64,000 bases of DNA from positions 64,001-128,000 of the IMG/VR virus record IMGVR_UViG_3300037247_001890, one strand, 5' to 3'. The notes under the pieces are model-generated. The model was not told the origin of the DNA and made no database searches. It saw only the letters and a program-made list of their open reading frames with translations. Shown here piece by piece: positions 55,603 to 64,000 of the stretch; the stretch's first letter is position 1, and the number at the start of each line of letters is the position of its first letter. This DNA comes from a virus. The translations under genes were made by a program, and so were the position numbers.

Positions 55603-58600
55603 TTATCCTACTGATTCACCCTCTTCATTTACTTGAAGTACTCTCATATAGGAATTAGTACCAGCGTTTATAACACTTGTGATTGCTTCCGACATAAGTA
55701 CGATACTCTTGTCAGCGGCTACTCTCATAGATGCTTCGTCAAAAACAGTACCTCCCGCTTCATTTGTTCTTTCGAATCCTTTAAATCTAGTGTCCATACT
55801 TTTGGCAAAAAATTCCCCGTATTTTTGTCCTGCTTTTTGTCGGGCTAGCATTTCTTCTTTAGTAGTTTCTAATAGATAGGCTGTCACATCAGCAGGTCCT
55901 ACATCTGCCAGTTCTAGGTCTCCTTCATCTGCAATTTTTTGCCGCATTGTCTCATAATCTTCTCCTTCTTCTCTTTTCAAGCCCATACCTTGACCAATTA
56001 TTGCAGATATAGCTTCCTCAGGCATACCCATTATCGCCACTTCTAGTTGTTTTTGTCCCTCTTTTCCGTATACTTTTTTCCATGGTTTAGTCCATTCTAA
56101 AACCCTTCTCTTAACGAATACATCTCGAGTTTCTCCGGGTCTTTTCCTTTCTGTATATTCTCCCGCAGCCATATAAGCTAATCTTGCTAAATTAGCTTGA
56201 ACTCCTTCTCTGGTCACATCAGGACCAAGAGCTTGAGCAATTTCTGTTATAGCCCCACTTGCCTCAGATTCAAATCCAAGCCAGTCTAAAATGTTTTTAC
56301 CTGTACCTACAAGAGGAGCTAGTGGTCCTAAAAGAGTCTTTGTAATAAAACTTCCTGGATCAAACATTTCACCTATATCGAATGATTCTCTTCCCATATT
56401 TTCTAAATATTCTTCTACTCGTATCCTTCCTTCCTTAACATCTAATTCGCTAATTCCAACTTGTTCTAATATACGTTTTCTGTCCGCGCCTAAAGATCCT
56501 ATACCACCAGCGGCTAATCCACGTTGTCTCCTTTCTTCTTCAGTACGTGCAATAAATCTATATTTTCCTACTTTTAATTGTGAATCTCCCATGTCTTTAA
56601 TAATTTGTGCATCAACTTGTGCTAATTGTTCCTCATTCATAGTCATCAAAACATTATGTCGTTCGGCATAATCACCACTAAGTTGATATGCAAGTTCTAA
56701 TCCCGCTAATTTAGTAGTTCTCATAGCAAATGCTCCCTGGGTTATATCATATGTGAACCTTCCAAATGCTTCTCCACCAACTCTCATTCCTTGTTCAATT
56801 CCTGTATACAGTTTTTCAGCTCTTCCTGTAATTGGTTTCCATACTTCACTTTCAACCAATGCTCCGACTTCTCGCAGCCACTTACCGGCGGGAGTTTCTC
56901 CTTCTTCTGCCCGTTGGCGTAGTGCCTCTGCTGCTACAGCATTATTTTTATCGGCCATGCTAGTGAGATTATTTGCCCAGTAATCGCGAGTTGCAACTAA
57001 TCCCTTGGCCTCCTGCATACCAAGTCCTTGTGTAATATAAAAATCAAGCAAATCTTCACTACCAATTTTTTGCCCACCTACCATCTGTGCCCGTTGTAAC
57101 CACATTTTTGCTCTCTCTGCATTCAGTAACTCTGGGCCCATTGCATCTACGAAACGTCGTTGTCCCCCAACTAACCGAATAAGATCCATTGGAGTCCTGA
57201 TTGCGCCAGCAGTAGCAGCAAGTTGTTCACCTATTCCCATTCCAGCTACTCCTTCTACTCCCCCACCGCCAAGTTGTGCTGCCATTAATGCCCCATGACC
57301 AACAATACCAATAGGACTACCAGCATAATTCATCGCAGATCGCGCCATATTTAAACTAATATTCTCAGCTCCGCCAAACTGTCTCAAATCTTCATCAGAA
57401 ATAATTCCTGCTCCTGCCATATTCCTAACATCTTGTAGCAGTCTTCCAGCACCATAAGCAAAACCTTTCAATTCATATCCAGTGCCTTTTACCATTTCTG
57501 CAGATTTCATCATAAAACTTGCAGCCTCTGTACGGGTTAATCCGGCACGTTCAGATAGTACCCCCACCTCTGCAGAAAATGCTCTGTAATCTTCTACTCC
57601 GAGATCTCTCGACAATTGACCCATTAATGCTACCGCTTCTTTAGAACTAACGTGCAATGTATGCATCAATTCTCTATGGCCCTCAAAAAGCTGTTTGGTT
57701 TTTTCTTTGTAGTCTTGTGCAGTTCTTACATAATCAAATCCTCCAGCCTCAGTAAATGTGCCCAGCATTTCATCTATTTCTGAACGACCATAGCCTCTAG
57801 CAGCAATATCTGGTTGATCAGGAAGTTCTCTTAAATATTCTCCCAATCCTTCGGCATCTTCTCTATTAAATTGACCGCTCAAGAATCTCCAACTGGTACC
57901 GCGCACATATTTTTCTAAAGCTCTTTGATGTCGTAGTTCAGATGTAAATGGATATAAAGCTGCTTTGGCACCTAATGCTACAGCAGGTATGGCAGCTGCT
58001 GTCCACCCAATCGGGCCAGCTCCAAATGCTGCAGCCGCGGCAAAGCCAAGCGCGACTCCACCAGCCTCACCCCAACTAGGTTCCATGAAATCTTCCATAG
58101 CTTGATTTCTATAAGCCCTGGTATATTCTTTTTTGGACATTGGCATCGTGGGGGAATATCCTACACCCATTCCTCCTGTAATATCGCCTAGCCAATCATC
58201 CTGCTTTATTTGTTGCATGAGTTCGCCATATGCCATAGGTTGTGGAGCCCCACGCATGCCGCCGGTCATAAGACCAGCCATTTCTAAATCACGTGTAAAT
58301 TTAGAATACCCTAATCGGCCTGTTTCACGAATACTATTGAATATATTTTGAACATCACCAAAAGTACTTCGAGCCATCTGCACGCCTTCCCGGGCAGATG
58401 TCATGGCCGTAGTGAGGCTTTCAGGAACTCCAAAGCTTATTGGTGCAGCGCCTGTAAGATTTGTCAAAGCAGAACTTTGAAATAATTCTCTGAAAGGATA
58501 AATATCTGGTCCTGCCGCATTAAAAGCTTGCGCCCCAAATGCCACATCCATTGCGTTTTTTACTTCCGAAAGCTTTTGAGCCACTTCGGAAGTATCAAAC

Positions 58601-58632
58601 GTGACTTTATATTCTAAAGGCTCTGTTGCCAT
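55603..58632 (-). CDS. tape measure protein
   Basis: 1009 aa, A/G/M-rich and helical with a hydrophobic segment; follows the chaperone pair. Confidence 0.7.
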   Translation of the reverse strand: MATEPLEYKVTFDTSEVAQKLSEVKNAMDVAFGAQAFNAAGPDIYPFRELFQSSALTNLTGAAPISFGVPESLTTAMTSAREGVQMARSTFGDVQNIFNSIRETGRLGYSKFTRDLEMAGLMTGGMRGAPQPMAYGELMQQIKQDDWLGDITGGMGVGYSPTMPMSKKEYTRAYRNQAMEDFMEPSWGEAGGVALGFAAAAAFGAGPIGWTAAAIPAVALGAKAALYPFTSELRHQRALEKYVRGTSWRFLSGQFNREDAEGLGEYLRELPDQPDIAARGYGRSEIDEMLGTFTEAGGFDYVRTAQDYKEKTKQLFEGHRELMHTLHVSSKEAVALMGQLSRDLGVEDYRAFSAEVGVLSERAGLTRTEAASFMMKSAEMVKGTGYELKGFAYGAGRLLQDVRNMAGAGIISDEDLRQFGGAENISLNMARSAMNYAGSPIGIVGHGALMAAQLGGGGVEGVAGMGIGEQLAATAGAIRTPMDLIRLVGGQRRFVDAMGPELLNAERAKMWLQRAQMVGGQKIGSEDLLDFYITQGLGMQEAKGLVATRDYWANNLTSMADKNNAVAAEALRQRAEEGETPAGKWLREVGALVESEVWKPITGRAEKLYTGIEQGMRVGGEAFGRFTYDITQGAFAMRTTKLAGLELAYQLSGDYAERHNVLMTMNEEQLAQVDAQIIKDMGDSQLKVGKYRFIARTEEERRQRGLAAGGIGSLGADRKRILEQVGISELDVKEGRIRVEEYLENMGRESFDIGEMFDPGSFITKTLLGPLAPLVGTGKNILDWLGFESEASGAITEIAQALGPDVTREGVQANLARLAYMAAGEYTERKRPGETRDVFVKRRVLEWTKPWKKVYGKEGQKQLEVAIMGMPEEAISAIIGQGMGLKREEGEDYETMRQKIADEGDLELADVGPADVTAYLLETTKEEMLARQKAGQKYGEFFAKSMDTRFKGFERTNEAGGTVFDEASMRVAADKSIVLMSEAITSVINAGTNSYMRVLQVNEEGESVG

Positions 58633-59042
58633 TAATTAATTTTACCCCAGTTTTTTGTTGTAAGTGTTTTGGAGATGTTGTCTTTATATTTTCTTCCAAG
58701 CTGTAATTTTTTACCACCAAGTAAATCATCCATCGTCTTCCCACTCAAATCCTTTGCTTGTTTTTTGAACGAACGTTCAAATTTCTTTCTATCAGCGATT
58801 TTAGTAGGGTTGATGAGGTTTTGGTATTCACCTAAAAGGTTATTGTACTCATTTACCTGGCTTCTTTTATCTTCCGGATTTTCTGTGCTAGAGGCAAACA
58901 AGGCTTTTGAAATAAGAAAAGTTTCCATGGATCGAATTTTATTTGCCCTATCTTTCATAAAAATAAGAGCCATTTCCTTAGCACTTCCAATCTCTACCTC
59001 TCGCGGACTCCCGGGCGACGAGAGATTTATCCCATCCAACAT
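58632..59042 (-). CDS. tail assembly chaperone, frameshift (GT-like) part
   Basis: frame is open upstream to the slippery site; precedes the tape measure. Confidence 0.6.
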   Translation of the reverse strand: MLDGINLSSPGSPREVEIGSAKEMALIFMKDRANKIRSMETFLISKALFASSTENPEDKRSQVNEYNNLLGEYQNLINPTKIADRKKFERSFKKQAKDLSGKTMDDLLGGKKLQLGRKYKDNISKTLTTKNWGKIN

Positions 59043-59047
59043 TAATT

Positions 59048-59437
59048 CTAGTCGGAGTCTGCTGACTGGGTCTCCGGTAAATTTTCTAATTCTTCCGGAT
59101 TTACACTATCTTTACACTGTTTGTAAAAATCTTTCTGTGACTCAGCAATGAGATCTATAATAGTTGTATCCAGATTTTCTATAAATTCTAATTTTTCTTC
59201 TGGACTTTTGTCTTTAAATTTGTTATCTTGATATGATACCAAACCATAAGCGAGCATGCGTAGAGTAAAATTATGTACCACAAACACAGGAGTTCCTGTA
59301 ACATCCTGCATCCATTTTTCTATAATAAGTTGTTCTTTTCCACTAAGAGTCTTCAGAGTGAATTTAAGTTTACCTTTCAGCAAGTCAAGATCTTTCTGTG
59401 CCACTCCGTTTAAAATCAGTTGTTCTAATATTTCCAT
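59048..59437 (-). CDS. tail assembly chaperone (G-like)
   Basis: 129 aa; first of two ORFs before the tape measure; carries a slippery heptamer near its 3' end. Confidence 0.65.
   Translation of the reverse strand: MEILEQLILNGVAQKDLDLLKGKLKFTLKTLSGKEQLIIEKWMQDVTGTPVFVVHNFTLRMLAYGLVSYQDNKFKDKSPEEKLEFIENLDTTIIDLIAESQKDFYKQCKDSVNPEELENLPETQSADSD
59078..59084 (-). other. -1 programmed frameshift heptamer A-AAT-TTA
   Basis: in-frame X-XXY-YYZ; the -1 frame runs without a stop into 58632..59042. Confidence 0.7.
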
Positions 59438-59470
59438 AATATTCTATTGGTTTTATGTTTACGTTATAAC

Positions 59471-59502
59471 TAAATATACAAATATATCAAACACATGTCA
59501 AG
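59471..59502 (-). promoter_or_regulatory. class A promoter CTTGA-N19-TATATTTA for the tail operon
   Basis: exact consensus (TTGACA -35). Confidence 0.75.
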
Positions 59503-59517
59503 ATATCACTCTTATTA

Positions 59518-59527
59518 TGGAATAAGA
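59518..59527 (+). promoter_or_regulatory. class B motif TGGAATAAGA
   Basis: at the divergence point, heading the replication block. Confidence 0.5.
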
Positions 59528-59574
59528 ATTCAGGATTATAGATATATCCCCAACATTTTATATAAGGAATAAAA

Positions 59575-59958
59575 ATGATAGTAATATATTCAGATGGTGG
59601 TTCTTATAACAATCAACATGGAGATAAAAGAGACGCATACGGATCTTTTATGGTTGAAACCGAGAAAAAACAACACCGTTTTAAGTACGGCAATAAAACA
59701 AACAACGAGGCAGAATATTTAACTCTGATAAAAGCATTATATTATATAAAGAATAAAAGAACTGAGAAAGAATTTGTATTATTTACGGATTCTCAGTTGA
59801 TAACAAAACAATTAGATGATACGTGGAGATGTAAAAATGAGAAATTACAGCCATTGTATCAAGAAGCGAAAGATTTAATCAATTCTATAAATAGCGGAAA
59901 ACAAATTGTAATTGCTTGGACAAACAATAAAAAAATGAAAAAAATATTAGGTCACTAA
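59575..59958 (+). CDS. rnhA: ribonuclease HI
   Basis: YSDGG, TNNEAEY and TDSQL catalytic residues; short C-terminus ending LGH. Confidence 0.85.
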   Translation: MIVIYSDGGSYNNQHGDKRDAYGSFMVETEKKQHRFKYGNKTNNEAEYLTLIKALYYIKNKRTEKEFVLFTDSQLITKQLDDTWRCKNEKLQPLYQEAKDLINSINSGKQIVIAWTNNKKMKKILGH

Positions 59959-59960
59959 AG

Positions 59961-61358
59961 ATGCCTTTAATAGTAATAAAAAATCAAGCAACTGTGGCTG
60001 GAATTAACGATACACAAAAAAGCATCATCAAAGAAAAATTGACGATACCAAATCCCAGATATGTACAAGTAATTAATCTTGGGAAATCATCATTTGGCAT
60101 AGCTAAGGACATTACTTTTTATGATAAACGTCCCGATAGTCTAATTGTCCCTGTAGGATTCGTGCCAACGCTTTTAAAATTTATCCCGATAAAACCGGGA
60201 GATTTAATAGATGCTAGATTTGAAGCTCCTCCTATTGTCAATTGGAAGTTTAAAGGTAAATTATTAGCCTATCAAGAAAAAGCTGTGACTGCTATGACTG
60301 ACAAAACTATAGGCGTAATACAAGCGCCGACTGGGTCAGGCAAGACGGTAATGATTGTTAATCATGTCATACGCAGAAAACAACCTACTTTGGTCATGGT
60401 TAACACAATAGAGTTGGCTAATCAAATGATTAAAAATTTCGCCAAGTTTACTAATAAGAAAGAAGACGATATAGGTTTCATCGGGAGCGGAATATGGAAA
60501 ATAAGAGGAGTGACTATCACAATATTGCAAACCATGATTCGCCTTAGTAAAACAGAATTTCGTTTTCTTAATAACAGTTTTGGACAAGTTATAGTTGATG
60601 AAGTTCACATTATACCGGCAGTTACTTTCTATGACGTGATAACGAGATTAGATGCTAAATATAAATTTGGGTTTAGCGCGACGCCCGAAAGAGATGATGG
60701 CCTGACAGATGTGATTCATTTTGCCACAGGACCACAAATACACGAACTTTCATTAAATGATGTAAAAGACAAAATACTTATACCAACAGTAAGAAAAATA
60801 AGTACTAGTTATTATTTCCCCTTATGGAATAGCGATGAATATGCAGCCATGGTGGATGATCTGATAGAAGATGGGCAAAGGAATTCGCTCATACTGGACA
60901 CTGTAAATGAGTACAAAGGAAAACAAATGGTAGTGCTTACAACAAGAGTTAAACATGCTACCTTTCTAACAGAACAACTTAACAAAAGAGGTCACAAAGC
61001 AGAATACCTGGTATCAAGATTACCGCATCCTACAAAGCATGGTAAGTTTAAAGCTATGCCTAAAAAGCAACGAGCGGCCGTAATAGAAAATTTAAACAGC
61101 GGTAAAACAAAAATAGTGGTTTCCACTTTCAGTTTATTTTCAACCGGCATTGATATCATTAATTTAGAAGTATTGTTTCTAGCTGGTCCTACACGGTCCA
61201 AAATTAAACTTAAACAATCAATAGGGCGCATTATGAGAAAGGCAACTATTAAAAAAACCCCAGAGATCGTTGACTTTCAAGACAAGCAAATTGATTTATT
61301 AAAGCATCAAGCCTATGCCAGAAATAAAATTTATAAATATTTGAAGAATGTGGAATAA
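59961..61358 (+). CDS. superfamily 2 helicase (DEVH; UvsW/XPB-like)
   Basis: APTGSGKT, DEVH, SAT, TGID and QSIGRIMR. Confidence 0.9.
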   Translation: MPLIVIKNQATVAGINDTQKSIIKEKLTIPNPRYVQVINLGKSSFGIAKDITFYDKRPDSLIVPVGFVPTLLKFIPIKPGDLIDARFEAPPIVNWKFKGKLLAYQEKAVTAMTDKTIGVIQAPTGSGKTVMIVNHVIRRKQPTLVMVNTIELANQMIKNFAKFTNKKEDDIGFIGSGIWKIRGVTITILQTMIRLSKTEFRFLNNSFGQVIVDEVHIIPAVTFYDVITRLDAKYKFGFSATPERDDGLTDVIHFATGPQIHELSLNDVKDKILIPTVRKISTSYYFPLWNSDEYAAMVDDLIEDGQRNSLILDTVNEYKGKQMVVLTTRVKHATFLTEQLNKRGHKAEYLVSRLPHPTKHGKFKAMPKKQRAAVIENLNSGKTKIVVSTFSLFSTGIDIINLEVLFLAGPTRSKIKLKQSIGRIMRKATIKKTPEIVDFQDKQIDLLKHQAYARNKIYKYLKNVE

Positions 61359-61373
61359 GAGGAGTATAGAAGC

Positions 61374-61832
61374 ATGATTTTAGAATTCAACCAAATTTCG
61401 AATCCCGAAGAGAGGAAAATTTTAAAAACTCCTGCTGTAAACATTGACGAGGTCACATTATTTTTATTAATTATGGAAGATCTTAGACACACAGCAGAAG
61501 CTAACCAGGGTAAATGCGTCGGTATTGCAGCTAATCAAATATGGAAAGAAGATACTCCTCCACCTGCCATTTTTATTGCAGGATTACATCAAGTAGGCGA
61601 ATGGAAAATATTTATTAATCCCAAAATTAGGGGAACTGGTAAAAAAGTAAAAATGTATGAAAGCTGCATGTCTCTGGCTGGGAGAAAACCTAAACTAAAA
61701 AGAAGGGATAAAAATGTAATAATTACATATATCGATCCAGTAGATCAAACGGAAAAAACAGAGAAATATTTTAGTTCTGATGCTAGAATTATTCAACACG
61801 AATGTGATCATTTAAAAGGTATTTTAATATGA
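61374..61832 (+). CDS. def: peptide deformylase
   Basis: GIAANQ, ESCMS and QHECDHLKG. Confidence 0.92.
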   Translation: MILEFNQISNPEERKILKTPAVNIDEVTLFLLIMEDLRHTAEANQGKCVGIAANQIWKEDTPPPAIFIAGLHQVGEWKIFINPKIRGTGKKVKMYESCMSLAGRKPKLKRRDKNVIITYIDPVDQTEKTEKYFSSDARIIQHECDHLKGILI

Positions 61833-62095
61833 TCGAAGAAGAAAAAAGACTCATGCACAGGCAAGTTAAATGCTGTGGTAATTGCTGGTATTTTAGTTAT
61901 TATAGAGGCAAACAACGTCGCGGTGTTTGTTGGCATGGGGAGAAAAAACCGAAAGTCTTTTATTCAAAGGATCTTTATGAAAAATTAGATCCAACACATG
62001 TAACATGTGTGTGTGATAATCATAAGTTTAAATCCAGAAAAGCACTGGAAAAAGTAAGAAATTGGTGTGGGGCTACATATATAGAAGATCTCTAA
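61829..62095 (+). CDS. Cys-rich hypothetical protein
   Basis: CCGNC..C..CVCDNH. Confidence 0.55.
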   Translation: MIEEEKRLMHRQVKCCGNCWYFSYYRGKQRRGVCWHGEKKPKVFYSKDLYEKLDPTHVTCVCDNHKFKSRKALEKVRNWCGATYIEDL

Positions 62096-62107
62096 AAGGA
62101 GGTTAGG

Positions 62108-62530
62108 TTGGAGAAAAGGAACTTGCGCGGCAATTCCATAAGTATGGAAGTAAGGCACCATATAAATAGTTTCTGTAGCATTCGTGATCCCAAGAAAAAA
62201 CTTTACATTATCCAGAAATTATCCAGAACATTAACCAATACGGCGAAAGCAGAACTTGGAAGAAAACCGGAACAAATAAGTTTTTCATCCGTTTTAGGTT
62301 TAGTAAAAGAATATCTTTCCCGGTTACGTATAGGTTTTTGCATACACGATAAAAGACAAGATGGATATGTCCTACTTAATAGCGAGCTATTAACAATGCA
62401 AAAAAATAAAAATTTTCCACAGGATCTGTGTGAAAAGTGCATAACCCCTCGCGTATGCAAACTAAGGTCGACTATAATAAATGAAAAGCAAATAGCAGGG
62501 CTTTTCATAAACGTAAAGAGATTCGCATAA
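62108..62530 (+). CDS. hypothetical protein
   Basis: GGAGG RBS, TTG start; Cys cluster. Confidence 0.55.
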   Translation: MEKRNLRGNSISMEVRHHINSFCSIRDPKKKLYIIQKLSRTLTNTAKAELGRKPEQISFSSVLGLVKEYLSRLRIGFCIHDKRQDGYVLLNSELLTMQKNKNFPQDLCEKCITPRVCKLRSTIINEKQIAGLFINVKRFA

Positions 62531-62913
62531 TGCACATTGAAATAGGTTTGGCAGTCATTACTTTAATGGCTGCCTTTTTCTACATTAAGCTTTATAAACA
62601 TACAAAGCAATTAAAATTAGATTTAAATATATCGATAGAAGCACGAACCAAATTAATGTTTCAGAAGAAACAATCAGAGATTGTTACTGGGCAGGTAGCA
62701 GAAAAACTAGCCCCATTTTTAAAAGATTTCAAACATGATCCACAAAATATTCAATTTCTAGGGAATCCAATAGATTTTATAGCTTTTGAAGAAAAAGGAA
62801 TTACTCTTATTGAAATTAAATCAGCCAATTCTCGACTGACACAAAAACAAAAAGACATAAAAAATCAGGTAAAAAATAAAAAAATTTTTTGGGAGGAATT
62901 TAGAATTAAATAA
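62530..62913 (+). CDS. Holliday-junction-resolvase-like PD-(D/E)xK endonuclease with N-terminal TM helix
   Basis: GQVAEKLAPF, FLGNPIDFIAF, IEIKS..S.L...Q. Confidence 0.8.
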   Translation: MHIEIGLAVITLMAAFFYIKLYKHTKQLKLDLNISIEARTKLMFQKKQSEIVTGQVAEKLAPFLKDFKHDPQNIQFLGNPIDFIAFEEKGITLIEIKSANSRLTQKQKDIKNQVKNKKIFWEEFRIK

Positions 62914-62945
62914 CTTGATTTGTCTAAAAAATTTTCGTAAATTTA
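62914..62945 (+). promoter_or_regulatory. class A variant CTTGA-N19-TAAATTTA
   Basis: same spacing; upstream of the primase. Confidence 0.6.
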
Positions 62946-62979
62946 ATCTCCCACCAACCTCAAAACTCAAGGAGAATAA

Positions 62980-64000
62980 ATGGATATAGAAACACTTAAC
63001 AAATTATTTGTTAATCGCAAAGACGTATATGCTATTCAGAAACCAGACGGCAGTTATTTCCAAAGTGGTACGCCGCTAAGCGACGCGATTTTAGCCACAC
63101 ATTTAAAAGGAAAGCAAACTGTAGGAGTCTATCATTTAGATAAACAAGATGCGGTAAAATTTTCTTGTATAGATATTGATATTAATAAAACAGTCTGGAG
63201 CAAAAAAGATTATGACTTCGATGATTGGAAAGATTTAATATATAAACAAATTAGTGTTATAAAGAATAGATTAGCAAAATATGGAATCACGGGTTATGCA
63301 GAAATATCTGGTATGAAAGGCGCCCACGTATGGTATTTTTTTAGCAATCCTATACCGGCTGGTACCGCAAGAGACGTCAATCAAGTTATTTTCAGTAATG
63401 TTCCTATAGTCGATAAGAATCTTCATCTTGAGCTTTTTCCCAAACAAGATAGCATTGGAGATGGAGGTTACGGAAATCTGATTAAATTGCCATGTGGTAT
63501 GCATCAATTATCGAAAAATTTTTCTCATTTTATGGATGATGTCTTAAAAGATATCAATTATGTAGATCACGCTACTATACAAAAAGTAGTTAATCCTATA
63601 GATGCTATTTTTTTAAATTGTGCTGTAATGGGTGATATAAAAAAACAAGCCGCACTCGGGCATTTGAATCACAGCCAAAGATTAACATTGGGATATATAT
63701 TATTAAATGTTCCTGGTGGAGAGGTGGAGCTGAGAAATCTCATAAAACTACAAGATGATTATGATGAAGGAAGAACAAACTATTTTATAGGAAAATTAAA
63801 ACAACGACATTACAAAGCTATAAATTGTCAAAAACTACAATCTGCAGAGATGGATTATATGTGCCCGGGCCCATGTACGAAGATACGAGGAGGCAAAAAT
63901 CCTACTGTATTTTTTCATCGACATTCAGGAGGATCAGGAAACATTGGTAATGGTGCCAATAACCTGTTAGATTATAAATCTAGAATAGAAATTTATGAAA
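62980..64000 (+). CDS. archaeo-eukaryotic primase (TOTE-type AEP) with PriL-like Fe-S domain; partial
   Basis: translated by eye, open to the window end: CIDID, EISGMKGAHVW, ELFPKQ, GNLIKLP, then C..HLNHSQRL...NCQKLQ...CPGPC; AGGAG RBS. Confidence 0.85.
   Translation, partial: MDIETLNKLFVNRKDVYAIQKPDGSYFQSGTPLSDAILATHLKGKQTVGVYHLDKQDAVKFSCIDIDINKTVWSKKDYDFDDWKDLIYKQISVIKNRLAKYGITGYAEISGMKGAHVWYFFSNPIPAGTARDVNQVIFSNVPIVDKNLHLELFPKQDSIGDGGYGNLIKLPCGMHQLSKNFSHFMDDVLKDINYVDHATIQKVVNPIDAIFLNCAVMGDIKKQAALGHLNHSQRLTLGYILLNVPGGEVELRNLIKLQDDYDEGRTNYFIGKLKQRHYKAINCQKLQSAEMDYMCPGPCTKIRGGKNPTVFFHRHSGGSGNIGNGANNLLDYKSRIEIYE

Noticed and set aside
1-64000. Alternative genetic code, tRNA genes or a cellular (host) origin
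   Set aside because: Long genes are intact under code 11 and use all three stop codons, and no tRNA cloverleaf was recognised. The RNAP lacks ribosomal-protein neighbours and lies among phage structural genes.

Overview
This is a 64-kb, AT-rich segment of a large tailed bacteriophage, most likely with a contractile tail, using the standard genetic code. A bacterial host is implied by the amidase endolysin, peptide deformylase and sigma70-type factor. Minus-strand blocks carry late and virion functions: a nucleotidyltransferase, a single-chain fused beta-beta' RNA polymerase (2015 aa), portal, lysis genes, tail fibres and adhesins (including a 2559-aa protein of seven modules), baseplate, a sigma factor, the tape measure, and tail chaperones with a -1 slippery site. 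Plus-strand blocks carry early or accessory and replication functions: dimeric dUTPase, a RavA/ViaA-like AAA+/VWA pair, a retron-type reverse transcriptase preceded by a structured non-coding region of about 400 nt, GP88, ATP-dependent ligase, GT4 glycosyltransferase, RNase HI, SF2 helicase, deformylase, resolvase and an AEP primase. The most notable observations are: (1) a phage-borne retron-like RT/ncRNA module next to a RavA/ViaA-like pair; (2) an apparent phage transcription system of fused RNAP, sigma factor and two recurrent promoter motifs; (3) a single-repeat protein resembling a mitochondrial carrier (SLC25) in the head gene block. All calls rest on motif reading by eye; no database searches were run. 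No tRNA, CRISPR array, terminase, major capsid or sheath gene was recognised in this window.
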